From assembly GCA_045539425.1 (NCBI GenBank), contig JAZQFH010000013.1:17094-81093 (forward strand): 64,000 bases of DNA, given 5' to 3'. A model generated the notes under the pieces. It was not told where the DNA came from. It made no database searches and saw only the letters and a list, made by a program, of their open reading frames with translations. Source of the DNA: Erysipelotrichaceae bacterium. GTDB lineage: Bacteria; Bacillota_I; Bacilli_A; Erysipelotrichales; Erysipelotrichaceae. How positions within the stretch are numbered: the first letter of the stretch is position 1; each line of letters opens with the position of its first letter. This document shows, piece after piece, positions 8,137-16,144 of this stretch. The position numbers and the translations under genes are program-made.

Positions 8137-10596
8137 TTAATACCGGCTGTCTTTTTTTAATCCATAGACATTTAGCTCATGTGCTAATGGCTGAACTGCA
8201 GAAATCATCAGATTTTTTGGAAGATATCCTTTTTTTACTACCAGATATTCTTTGTTTTCTTCGGTATCAAACACTACTTTGTCACCTTCAATTGTATATT
8301 CTATTTGTACATCATCGCAATAAACATCCACCTCTAATCCAAAACAACTCTTCAATCTTACCGTCTGGCCTTTTTCTGAATATATATCAATGAATTCCGT
8401 AAAACCGTTTGTTCTTTTTCCGCTAAGAAGGAAAGCACCTTCTGTTCGTAAATTATAAAACTCAATATCCCGGAAACTCTTTGGAAGAACATCCATACAG
8501 TAGATATTGCCGTTATAACTGCGCAGCGTGAAGTTTTGCAATGCCTCGTTAAACATTCCGTCTGAGTCAACTGTCAGACCCATGTTGTCATGAATGACAA
8601 ATGCTTCCTGGTTATTCGATCCGTCAGTGTCGAATGTGCTTTCTGATACAAATTTATCTGCATATTCATGAATCAGCTGATATGCCATTGCAGGTTTGTT
8701 TGCAAGCAGAGCAATCTTAGCTGCTTCAGAGAAAGTCCATCCCATCCATTCACCGGTTCCGTAAACGATTAGTGCATGTAAGGACCTCTCGATAATTCTT
8801 CTTCCTTCTTCAGTTTCATTTGTTATTTGATAAAGCTGTGTAATCGGGAACAGATGCGTCAGATGACGATGTGAACTCGTATAATCAAGGTCTCCTCTTA
8901 CACTCAGACCGCCAAAACTGTCATATTTGAACGGAACAAGGTATTTAAGAGTATCTTTCCATTTTTCTTCATCCTCATCTTCAATCTTGAGAATTCTTTC
9001 AATTTCCAGCAACGTTTCACACATGAATTTTAACTGAGCGATGTCACAGGTCGCATCTTTTCCCCAGAAGTGATCATATTTTTTACCTGATGCCTTTCCG
9101 TTGATAAGTGGTGGATACTCTGCAGACATCGTTGTAGGCAGGTGATAGTATCCATCTTCTTCTTTAACTAAAAGAGACATCGGAATGCGGCATTGTGCCT
9201 TCATCATTGGATAAACATATTCTTTCAGGAATGCTTCATCCAGTGTATACAGATATCTCTGCCACATCATCTGGCACATCCAGGGACCGCATAAGAGTTC
9301 AAAGTTGTTCGCGGAGTAATATTGGCATCCTAACTGGTAATCAGTAATATGGGCCAGGAATTCTCCCCCTTCTACTCCAAAAAATCTTTCTGCATAATCA
9401 CGCATTTTGTCCCTGTTATTCTTCAGTAAATCAAAAGTTGTATCCGTAGCCTCCAGTCGATTTCCGCCATAAGCGCCGAAGAATACGGTTTCCTGTTGTG
9501 TGTTCCAGATATAGGTAGCCCCTAAAGTTGCCAGTGTCCCGTCATCCGGTACCCATATGCCATTCATATTCGGAGCAATTCCGTTTTTCTTTGTCATGGC
9601 AGCAAGCTTATACCAGTTGATCCAGTACAGTGCTTCCAGTTTTGTATCATTAATGGAATAAAAAGATTTCGGATAGACAGAGTGCCACCATTTTTTATGT
9701 TCTTCCATTTCTTCTGTCAGCCAGCTGTTGGAAGTGTATTGTTTGATGTTATTCAATGCCTCAGATACTGCCTGATTATCCTGGCTCATCGTTACTGTAA
9801 CAATGAGTGTATTTGTTCCGTTATTGCGCGAAATATTGATCCATGCGACACAGTAATTTCCGTTTTCAGGTATTTCCTGTTGCCAGTAAGAGATGCCGTC
9901 AGTTATTCCTCTTATTGAATCCTTATAACCCCAGTCTTTTAAAACACGAGCCATTTCCGGTGCAGGTCCATCATATCCACGGCAGAGTTTTCTCATAAAT
10001 CTGGCCGGTGAAAATTCAAATACCTCGTGATACTCTTTTGTATATTCTCCTACATCAGAGCAGAATCTGAAGCGGAATGACAGTTCTTCTTCCTCGAATG
10101 TTTCGTAATTGAATACTATGCACGGATGCTCTGCACTGACATGGCAGTCCCATTTTACGGAACCTAAATCTGTTAAAAAGCGTCCAGTTGTGATTCCGTC
10201 ATACAGATGAAGGCACATGTTATAGTCTGTTTCCTGTTTGATCTTCCCCTTCGGATGCACTTCAAAACGACCTAAGGGTAAAAGCTGTGCAGTAGGTCCT
10301 TTATCTGACTTTGTCTGTACAATTCCCACTGGATTGGAATAAGTTCCTTCTTTTACCAGTTTTTCAAAGTTGCTCCATTTGAATTTTTCTGGATCAGGCG
10401 AATATCTCCTCATTTCCCATATATCATTTCTTGTCATGGATACATTCAGATGATCTTCACCCCAAATGACAACAGAAACGACTGAGTTGGCCATTGGAAT
10501 ACCCTTATCCCAGATAGGTGCTGGAACATCATAAATGAGATCATGTCTTTTCAGATAATCTCCCATACATGATTCGTTGAATCTAACTTTTCTCAT
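8137..10596 (-). CDS. cytoplasmic (alpha/alpha)6 glycoside hydrolase, GH95-like (alpha-L-fucosidase/galactosidase family relative)
   Basis: Start trimmed to ATG 10596 (MRKVRF), which has GGAGGTG 9 nt upstream. The N-terminus LIYDVPAPIWDKGIPMANSVVSVVIWGEDHLNVSMTRNDIWE resembles the GH95 N-domain. IWNTQQETVFFGAYGGNRLE resembles the GH95 N-x-N..NYW..N-L-x-E region. No signal peptide. Confidence 0.5.
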   Translation of the reverse strand: MRKVRFNESCMGDYLKRHDLIYDVPAPIWDKGIPMANSVVSVVIWGEDHLNVSMTRNDIWEMRRYSPDPEKFKWSNFEKLVKEGTYSNPVGIVQTKSDKGPTAQLLPLGRFEVHPKGKIKQETDYNMCLHLYDGITTGRFLTDLGSVKWDCHVSAEHPCIVFNYETFEEEELSFRFRFCSDVGEYTKEYHEVFEFSPARFMRKLCRGYDGPAPEMARVLKDWGYKDSIRGITDGISYWQQEIPENGNYCVAWINISRNNGTNTLIVTVTMSQDNQAVSEALNNIKQYTSNSWLTEEMEEHKKWWHSVYPKSFYSINDTKLEALYWINWYKLAAMTKKNGIAPNMNGIWVPDDGTLATLGATYIWNTQQETVFFGAYGGNRLEATDTTFDLLKNNRDKMRDYAERFFGVEGGEFLAHITDYQLGCQYYSANNFELLCGPWMCQMMWQRYLYTLDEAFLKEYVYPMMKAQCRIPMSLLVKEEDGYYHLPTTMSAEYPPLINGKASGKKYDHFWGKDATCDIAQLKFMCETLLEIERILKIEDEDEEKWKDTLKYLVPFKYDSFGGLSVRGDLDYTSSHRHLTHLFPITQLYQITNETEEGRRIIERSLHALIVYGTGEWMGWTFSEAAKIALLANKPAMAYQLIHEYADKFVSESTFDTDGSNNQEAFVIHDNMGLTVDSDGMFNEALQNFTLRSYNGNIYCMDVLPKSFRDIEFYNLRTEGAFLLSGKRTNGFTEFIDIYSEKGQTVRLKSCFGLEVDVYCDDVQIEYTIEGDKVVFDTEENKEYLVVKKGYLPKNLMISAVQPLAHELNVYGLKKDSRY

Positions 10597-10740
10597 ATTA
10601 CGGTACACCTCCACTTTTACAGATTTACTATAAAGGGAAATTACAAATGACTCCACGAAGCATTTATGTAATAAAAAACTGTTTTATTTCATGGAGTTCA
10701 AATAAACATAGAACGACACTCCTATTCTCCAAATATGAAA

Positions 10741-10772
10741 GCACCTCCTGTATGGACAATTAGAGGAGGTGC
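10741..10772 (-). promoter_or_regulatory. strong leader hairpin (possible attenuator) upstream of the GH-PTS operon
   Basis: GCACCTCCT (10741-10749) pairs with AGGAGGTGC (10764-10772): 9 bp with a 14-nt loop. On the minus strand it is followed by TTTCATATTT. Confidence 0.45.
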
Positions 10773-10807
10773 CGTTGCTACATATAACGTCTGATATCTG
10801 TGTATTC

Positions 10808-10835
10808 ATCATACAGAATGTGTTTTATCATTCAA
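10808..10835 (-). promoter_or_regulatory. candidate sigma-A promoter of the GH-PTS operon
   Basis: On the minus strand: TTGAAT (10835-10830), 16-nt spacer, TATGAT (10813-10808). It lies about 205 nt upstream of ATG 10596. Confidence 0.4.
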
Positions 10836-10868
10836 ATAAAGAAAAGGCATACCGTAACGGGTATGCCT
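10833..10868 (-). terminator. intrinsic terminator after the SPFH gene
   Basis: GGCATACC (10846-10853) pairs with GGTATGCC (10860-10867). On the minus strand it is followed by TTTTCTTTATTT. Confidence 0.7.
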
Positions 10869-10888
10869 GTAGGAATCATGTGATTTCT

Positions 10889-11776
10889 TTATTTCTCGGC
10901 CAGTTCCTTAATGGAAGTAACTGTTTTCGCCAGATCCTGCATGTCGCTAGGAACGATAATCTTCGTTGCCTGTCCGTCTGCCATCTTTTCCGTGGCTTCC
11001 ATGGAACGGATTGCCAGGTATTCCTGGGACGGTTTGGCTTCATTGATCACTTTGATTGCTTCCGCTTTTGCCAGAGCGATCTGACGTACGCTTTCCGCTT
11101 CACCCTGAGCTTCACGGATCAGTCTTTCCTTGTAAGCTTCCGCTTTCAGGATTGCACTTTCCTTTTCACCTTCTGCTTCGGTGATAGCGGCCTGTTTCTG
11201 ACCTTCTGCCTTTAAGATTGCTTCACGTTTCTCACGTTCCGCTTTCATTTCCTTTTCCATCGCTTCCTGAATGGAGCGCGGCGGCATGATGTTCTGAACT
11301 TCCACACGTTTGACATCGATTCCCCAGTTATCCGCTGCCGTGTCCAGTAAGCGGGTGATCTGGGAGTTGATGATGTCTCTGCCTGTGAGCGTTTCATCCA
11401 GCGTCATGGAGCCGAGGATGTTACGCAGTGTTGTGGCACATAAGTTTTCCAGAGCTGCAATCGGGCGTTCGACTTTATATGTCAGAGCTTTCGGGTCAAT
11501 GACCTGGAAGTATACGACAGAGTCAACCTGCATTGTGACGTTATCCTTTGTGATAACACTCTGCGGTTCAAAGTCGGCGACCTGTTCCTTTAAGGAAATC
11601 TTACGGACGATTTTGGAAATAAAGGGTTTCTTTAAATGTAAGCCTGCTTCCCATGTACCGGCATATTTACCGAGATCTTCGACGATCCAGACATAGCTTT
11701 CCGGTACGATATTGATACAGGTAACCAGTAAAACAATAATGAGTAAAACGATTACTCCGATAATGACATATTGCAT
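10889..11776 (-). CDS. SPFH/band-7 (stomatin/prohibitin-like) membrane protein
   Basis: 295 aa with an N-terminal TM helix (VIIGVIVLLIIVLLV). Has an SPFH core and a C-terminal charged coiled region, PRSIQEAMEKEMKAEREKRE. Confidence 0.85.
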   Translation of the reverse strand: MQYVIIGVIVLLIIVLLVTCINIVPESYVWIVEDLGKYAGTWEAGLHLKKPFISKIVRKISLKEQVADFEPQSVITKDNVTMQVDSVVYFQVIDPKALTYKVERPIAALENLCATTLRNILGSMTLDETLTGRDIINSQITRLLDTAADNWGIDVKRVEVQNIMPPRSIQEAMEKEMKAEREKREAILKAEGQKQAAITEAEGEKESAILKAEAYKERLIREAQGEAESVRQIALAKAEAIKVINEAKPSQEYLAIRSMEATEKMADGQATKIIVPSDMQDLAKTVTSIKELAEK

Positions 11777-11787
11777 ATATGTTCCTC

Positions 11788-12213
11788 CTATCTGCGTTTA
11801 ATGCTGTTGAAGATGATCGAAAGGATCATAGCGATGAAGATGAGCGGTAAAAATGTAAATGCGACAGGCATGAAGCCGCTTGAGAAATCCGACAGGATCA
11901 TCACAAATACCATAACGATGAAGAACACCGTAAAGCCTGTGATTGCCGCTACCATGCTTTTTGCGGCATTCGTGGGATTCACAGATCTTTGCGGATTGTT
12001 TACCGGACGTTCAACCGGACCGGTCTTCATTCTTTCGTAAGACGGGCGTAAACGCGATCTGTGTTCTGCTTCATGTTCCAGTCTGACTTCATCTCTTTCA
12101 CAGTTATCTTCATGTTTTTTTCTTAATGTACTGGCATTGTCATCAAGATCCCAGTGGCTGATGCGGCTTTCAAATTTCAGTTCCTGCTCCAGCCAGTCAT
12201 CCTGTTTGATCAT
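11788..12213 (-). CDS. hypothetical membrane protein (charged N-terminal half, two C-terminal TM helices)
   Basis: ORF 11788-12219. The second ATG (12213) has better spacing to AAAGGAGG. The C-terminus is AAITGFTVFFIVMVFVMIL..FTFLPLIFIAMILSIIF. No OB-fold NfeD-like region recognised. Confidence 0.55.
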   Translation of the reverse strand: MIKQDDWLEQELKFESRISHWDLDDNASTLRKKHEDNCERDEVRLEHEAEHRSRLRPSYERMKTGPVERPVNNPQRSVNPTNAAKSMVAAITGFTVFFIVMVFVMILSDFSSGFMPVAFTFLPLIFIAMILSIIFNSIKRR

Positions 12214-12318
12214 ACGCATTCCCCTCCTTTGACTCTATTATACTACCATGTATCTCAGTTTGACGTTTTTTTCACAAGTTACCTGAAAATTGATACAGGA
12301 TTCCTTTCAAACCATGAA

Positions 12319-13146
12319 CTAGGCATTCTCCTGCGTTTTCAGGTGATTCAGGAAGAATTCCGCTGTTTTTCCTACCAGAATGTCACTCTGCCCCATTCGG
12401 TTGTTCCAGAGCCCGAAACCGTGGTTGGCGCAGGGAATCATTACCAGTTCCTTATCCTTCTTTGTGGTAAGGCTCTCATAAGTGCGCTTAGCCGTAAATG
12501 GAGGTACCGTGTCATCCGCTTCTCCGTGCACGATGATCACATTGCCCTGATATTCCTTCATGGCACTGACAGGAGAAAGCTCCATTCCTTCATAGAACTC
12601 TCTGGAAAGATGCAGGATCCTGCCGTCAAAGGCATTCAGATAATCGGCATAACCTTTATCCATAGCCTCTTTCTTTAAAGAGCGGCCGTTTTCATCATAC
12701 AGGAACACCTTGAGTTCTTCTTCGTCATTAATGGCAGCAGCCCAGAGCGCAATCGTCTGAAAACGCGGGTCTTCTTTGGTGACATAGAGGGATGTGAGAC
12801 GTCCGCCCATGGAATAGCCAACCATGAACAGCTGTTCTTCATCAATGAAATAGTGGTCAAACATATAGTCGATACATGTTCTGATATCCGCAAAGCTGTT
12901 CTTCAGACAGTAATTCTCAAACGGTTCCTTGGATTCATCACAGCCGGACTGTCCCATCATGATGGAGGAGACACCGTGCTCAGCCAGCAGTTTTGCGACT
13001 TCCACAAAGCGGCCCCCTTCTGTTCTGTCGGCACAGAATCCGTGGACAAAGACGCAGAGTGCTCCGTTTGGTTTATCCGGTAAAACTTCCGTGCAGTACA
13101 GATCCGTATTGCGCTTTGATGTCAGGATCAGATTCGTGATTTTCAT
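12319..13146 (-). CDS. alpha/beta-fold hydrolase
   Basis: 275 aa. Has the nucleophile elbow VGYSMGG, then HGEADD and ANHGF as candidate Asp and His of the triad. Confidence 0.8.
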   Translation of the reverse strand: MKITNLILTSKRNTDLYCTEVLPDKPNGALCVFVHGFCADRTEGGRFVEVAKLLAEHGVSSIMMGQSGCDESKEPFENYCLKNSFADIRTCIDYMFDHYFIDEEQLFMVGYSMGGRLTSLYVTKEDPRFQTIALWAAAINDEEELKVFLYDENGRSLKKEAMDKGYADYLNAFDGRILHLSREFYEGMELSPVSAMKEYQGNVIIVHGEADDTVPPFTAKRTYESLTTKKDKELVMIPCANHGFGLWNNRMGQSDILVGKTAEFFLNHLKTQENA

Positions 13147-13160
13147 AGTTTCTCCTTTTC

Positions 13161-13185
13161 AAAAAGGCTCAATCGAGCCTTTTTT
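13161..13185 (-). terminator. intrinsic (bidirectional-type) terminator after the nucleoside hydrolase gene
   Basis: AAAAAGGCTC (13161-13170), loop AATC, GAGCCTTTTT (13175-13184). Confidence 0.75.
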
Positions 13186-14122
13186 ATGCATAGCGTTCAT
13201 CCAGGATCCTGAGTGAATCAAAGATAACCTGAACGAATTTCTCTCTGTCAACGGATAAGAGAACTGTCTTCGGGTTGACGATCTCATCCGCATATCCGCG
13301 GGTGTCCACGACCGTCATGCCACGGCAGTATTCCCCTACCGTTTCAATATAGACCGCTCTCTCTTCGCTTTCGAAGTATTCCGGATGCAGGAGGTAGATG
13401 ATGGGCGTGCAGTCAAAGATTGCCGTACGGTCCCAGCCGTTGCGGATCGCATATCTCTGATAGAACTGCATCAGATCATAGAACAGTCTGGATGCCTTGC
13501 CTCCGTCTTTTGCCTTCTCTGTTTCACTCAGGAGAATGCTGCCGGAGTAGCAGACCTCAATGCCCGCCATGATGACTTTGACACCGGAATCAAATACGAT
13601 TTTTGCGGCATCGGGATCATGGTAGATGTTGAATTCCGCCTTGACGAGGATGTTTCCGTTGGTAATGCCTCCGCCCATAATGGCGATGCATTCGATTTTA
13701 TCCTTCAGCTCCGGATAGGTCTTAAGGAATAAGCCCATGTTGGTCAGAGGACCGATACATACGAAGGTCACCTTTCCTTCCGTTTCGAGAAGTGTTTTCC
13801 GCATGAATTCAATCGCATGCATGCCGGTTGTCTTCAGTGGGCTATCTTCGAGTACAGGACCGTCCATGCCGCTTTCCCCGTGCGCTGCAGGCTGTACTTC
13901 CAGCGGTCGGATCAGCGGAGAATCATATCCCTTGCTGACAGGAAGATTGATACCGAAATAGGACTGAACCTTGAGAAGGTTATTGGTAACCTTCTCAAGA
14001 GTCTGATTTCCGGCTACAGTTGTAAAACCTAAGATATTGAAGTTCTGACTATGAGCCAAAGCAACCATGATGGCAATAATGTCATCATGCCCGGGATCAC
14101 AGTCAATGATAATATTTTTCAT
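13184..14122 (-). CDS. inosine-uridine-preferring-type nucleoside hydrolase
   Basis: 312 aa. N-terminal signature IIIDCDPGHDDIIAI. ATGA overlap with the upstream permease gene. Confidence 0.9.
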   Translation of the reverse strand: MKNIIIDCDPGHDDIIAIMVALAHSQNFNILGFTTVAGNQTLEKVTNNLLKVQSYFGINLPVSKGYDSPLIRPLEVQPAAHGESGMDGPVLEDSPLKTTGMHAIEFMRKTLLETEGKVTFVCIGPLTNMGLFLKTYPELKDKIECIAIMGGGITNGNILVKAEFNIYHDPDAAKIVFDSGVKVIMAGIEVCYSGSILLSETEKAKDGGKASRLFYDLMQFYQRYAIRNGWDRTAIFDCTPIIYLLHPEYFESEERAVYIETVGEYCRGMTVVDTRGYADEIVNPKTVLLSVDREKFVQVIFDSLRILDERYA

Positions 14123-15036
14123 TGTTCGGCAACATGGCCTTTCTTCGTCTGGGCTGTCTTAATCACTGCTAAGAGAACGATGACGATAAAGACCGCGAAG
14201 TACGGAACCGCACCGACCAGGTCAACCGGCAGTTTGCCTGCGAGGATGATGGCGATGGAACGGAAGATACCGAACACGGCTGTTGCGAGCATCAGGATGC
14301 CGTAGTTTCCGCTGGCAATGCCGTTTGCCGCAATACCCATCCAGCCTAAGCCAGCCGCAATACCGTTGGTATAGATCGGACTGTAGTTCATGGACAGATA
14401 GATGCCGCCTAAGGATGCAAGTACACCGGAAAGGATCAGCGATAAGATCTGCAGACGTTCGACGTTGATACCGGCTGTTCTTGCGGAATCCGCATTTAAG
14501 CCGCAGGAGCGCATGCGCAGTCCCGTCGGTGTCTTATACAGGAAGATGTATAAGAGAATGGCAGCGATGACTACGACATAGACAAGTACCAGCTGACCGG
14601 AAAGGATCTGACCGATAATCGGTATATCCTTGATCAGAGGAATATCGATGGTTCCAAAAGTCGGCGCAAACAGTTTGGCGCTGGTTCCCTTTTCTCCCGT
14701 AAACTGATAGAGGATGAAGGCTGCCAGAGAACTGGAGAATGTATTTAAGGCAATACCGACCAGAGTCGCATTGGCGCCTAAACGCATGGAGAAGAAGGCT
14801 ATTAATAATGCCATTAATACACCGGTTAATACACCGATCAGTAAGCCTAAGAAAGCGCTCTTGGTAAGATAGGAACCGATGATACCCATTAAGGCACCCA
14901 TCGTCATGATACCTTCGATTGCGATATTGCCGATACCGGTGGAAGCCGCCACGAAGGAACCGAGGGATGCAAACAGAATCGGAGTGATCAGTCGGATCAC
15001 ACGTAACAGGAAGTCCATAGTGAATACGTTAGTCAT
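14119..15036 (-). CDS. ABC transporter permease (BMP/nucleoside-type importer, second permease)
   Basis: 305 aa polytopic protein. Its order after the ATPase and first permease matches NupNOPQ / RnsBACD-type loci. It overlaps both neighbouring genes. Confidence 0.85.
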   Translation of the reverse strand: MTNVFTMDFLLRVIRLITPILFASLGSFVAASTGIGNIAIEGIMTMGALMGIIGSYLTKSAFLGLLIGVLTGVLMALLIAFFSMRLGANATLVGIALNTFSSSLAAFILYQFTGEKGTSAKLFAPTFGTIDIPLIKDIPIIGQILSGQLVLVYVVVIAAILLYIFLYKTPTGLRMRSCGLNADSARTAGINVERLQILSLILSGVLASLGGIYLSMNYSPIYTNGIAAGLGWMGIAANGIASGNYGILMLATAVFGIFRSIAIILAGKLPVDLVGAVPYFAVFIVIVLLAVIKTAQTKKGHVAEQ

Positions 15037-16144
15037 TTTTCTCTAAGCCCTCCTTTAATAATTTCTTCTCACGGTATCTGCGCAGGAAGTACTGCGAGGA
15101 TACGAGCAGAACCACGATACCTTCAACAATCGCGATGATTTCCGAAGGAACGGAGTTATCGTTGAAATACAGAACGCTCGCGCCTTCTTCAAGATAGCGA
15201 ATGAAGAACGTTGCGACCATGATGCCAATCGGATTGTTGCGTCCGAGCATGGCGAGCAGACATCCCGTGAAACCGATACCGACTACGGAGACGGAAGGCT
15301 GATAGAAGGACATCTGTGTCAGAACGTGAACGGCACTTCCCATACCTGCCAAGGCACCGGCGATGAAGTTGGTGATCAAAGCAAGTTTGAAAGCGTTGAT
15401 ACCGGAATAATCCGCAAAGGACGGGTTGGTACCGGCAACACGGATCTGATAGCCGAGTTTTGTCTTCTTCAGCATGATCTGCATCAGGATGACGACGATG
15501 ATCATTAAGATGAACATCGGACCGATATGGTAATCCTTGATCAGGTACTTGTTTAACAGTGATGCCGAGGATAAGAAGCTCGGAGTACCGATCGTGGATG
15601 TCGTTGTGCTTAACAGATAGTTACGGACGATATGGACGCTCAGTGCGGAATAGATCGAGTTCAGCATGAGCGAGATAACGAGTTCGTTGGCTTCGAATTT
15701 CGCCTTTAGAATCGCCGGAATCAGCATCAGAACACCACCGACAAGTGCACTTGCGACGATGGCAAGCGCCGGATGGAGGATGGCGTTTGTGGTAAGGGCG
15801 TTACAGGCAACTGCGGAGCAGACAACACCGGTCAGAACATAGATACCTTCTGCACCGAGGTTGAAGAAACCCGCTTTGAATAACAGACCGCAAGCCAGAC
15901 CGGCGAAGGTATAGGTGATCATCTGTTCAAAGACGATTCCCAGATATCTTTTCTTTGTCAGGGCACCCGTTAAAATGGTACGGAATGCATTGACCGGATT
16001 ATCAGATACAAACAGCAGGATTACAAATGTGATAGCTAAGGCAATCAGAATCGAAATCACGATTTTGATCGTTTCAAATACCGTGCTGTTTGTAATGGAC
16101 AGATTCTTGATCAGTGATTTGTTCCTCAGATCTTTCTTATCCAT
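15029..16144 (-). CDS. ABC transporter permease (BMP/nucleoside-type importer, first permease)
   Basis: 371 aa polytopic protein. It overlaps the ATPase stop and the next permease start. Confidence 0.85.
   Translation of the reverse strand: MDKKDLRNKSLIKNLSITNSTVFETIKIVISILIALAITFVILLFVSDNPVNAFRTILTGALTKKRYLGIVFEQMITYTFAGLACGLLFKAGFFNLGAEGIYVLTGVVCSAVACNALTTNAILHPALAIVASALVGGVLMLIPAILKAKFEANELVISLMLNSIYSALSVHIVRNYLLSTTTSTIGTPSFLSSASLLNKYLIKDYHIGPMFILMIIVVILMQIMLKKTKLGYQIRVAGTNPSFADYSGINAFKLALITNFIAGALAGMGSAVHVLTQMSFYQPSVSVVGIGFTGCLLAMLGRNNPIGIMVATFFIRYLEEGASVLYFNDNSVPSEIIAIVEGIVVLLVSSQYFLRRYREKKLLKEGLEKND

Noticed and set aside
10597-10888. A cre (CcpA) box or a RAT antiterminator target in the GH-PTS leader
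   Set aside because: The closest cre-like string (TGAAAGCACCTCCT) lacks the central CG core. No RAT-like imperfect palindrome overlaps the hairpin, and the regulator lacks a CAT domain.
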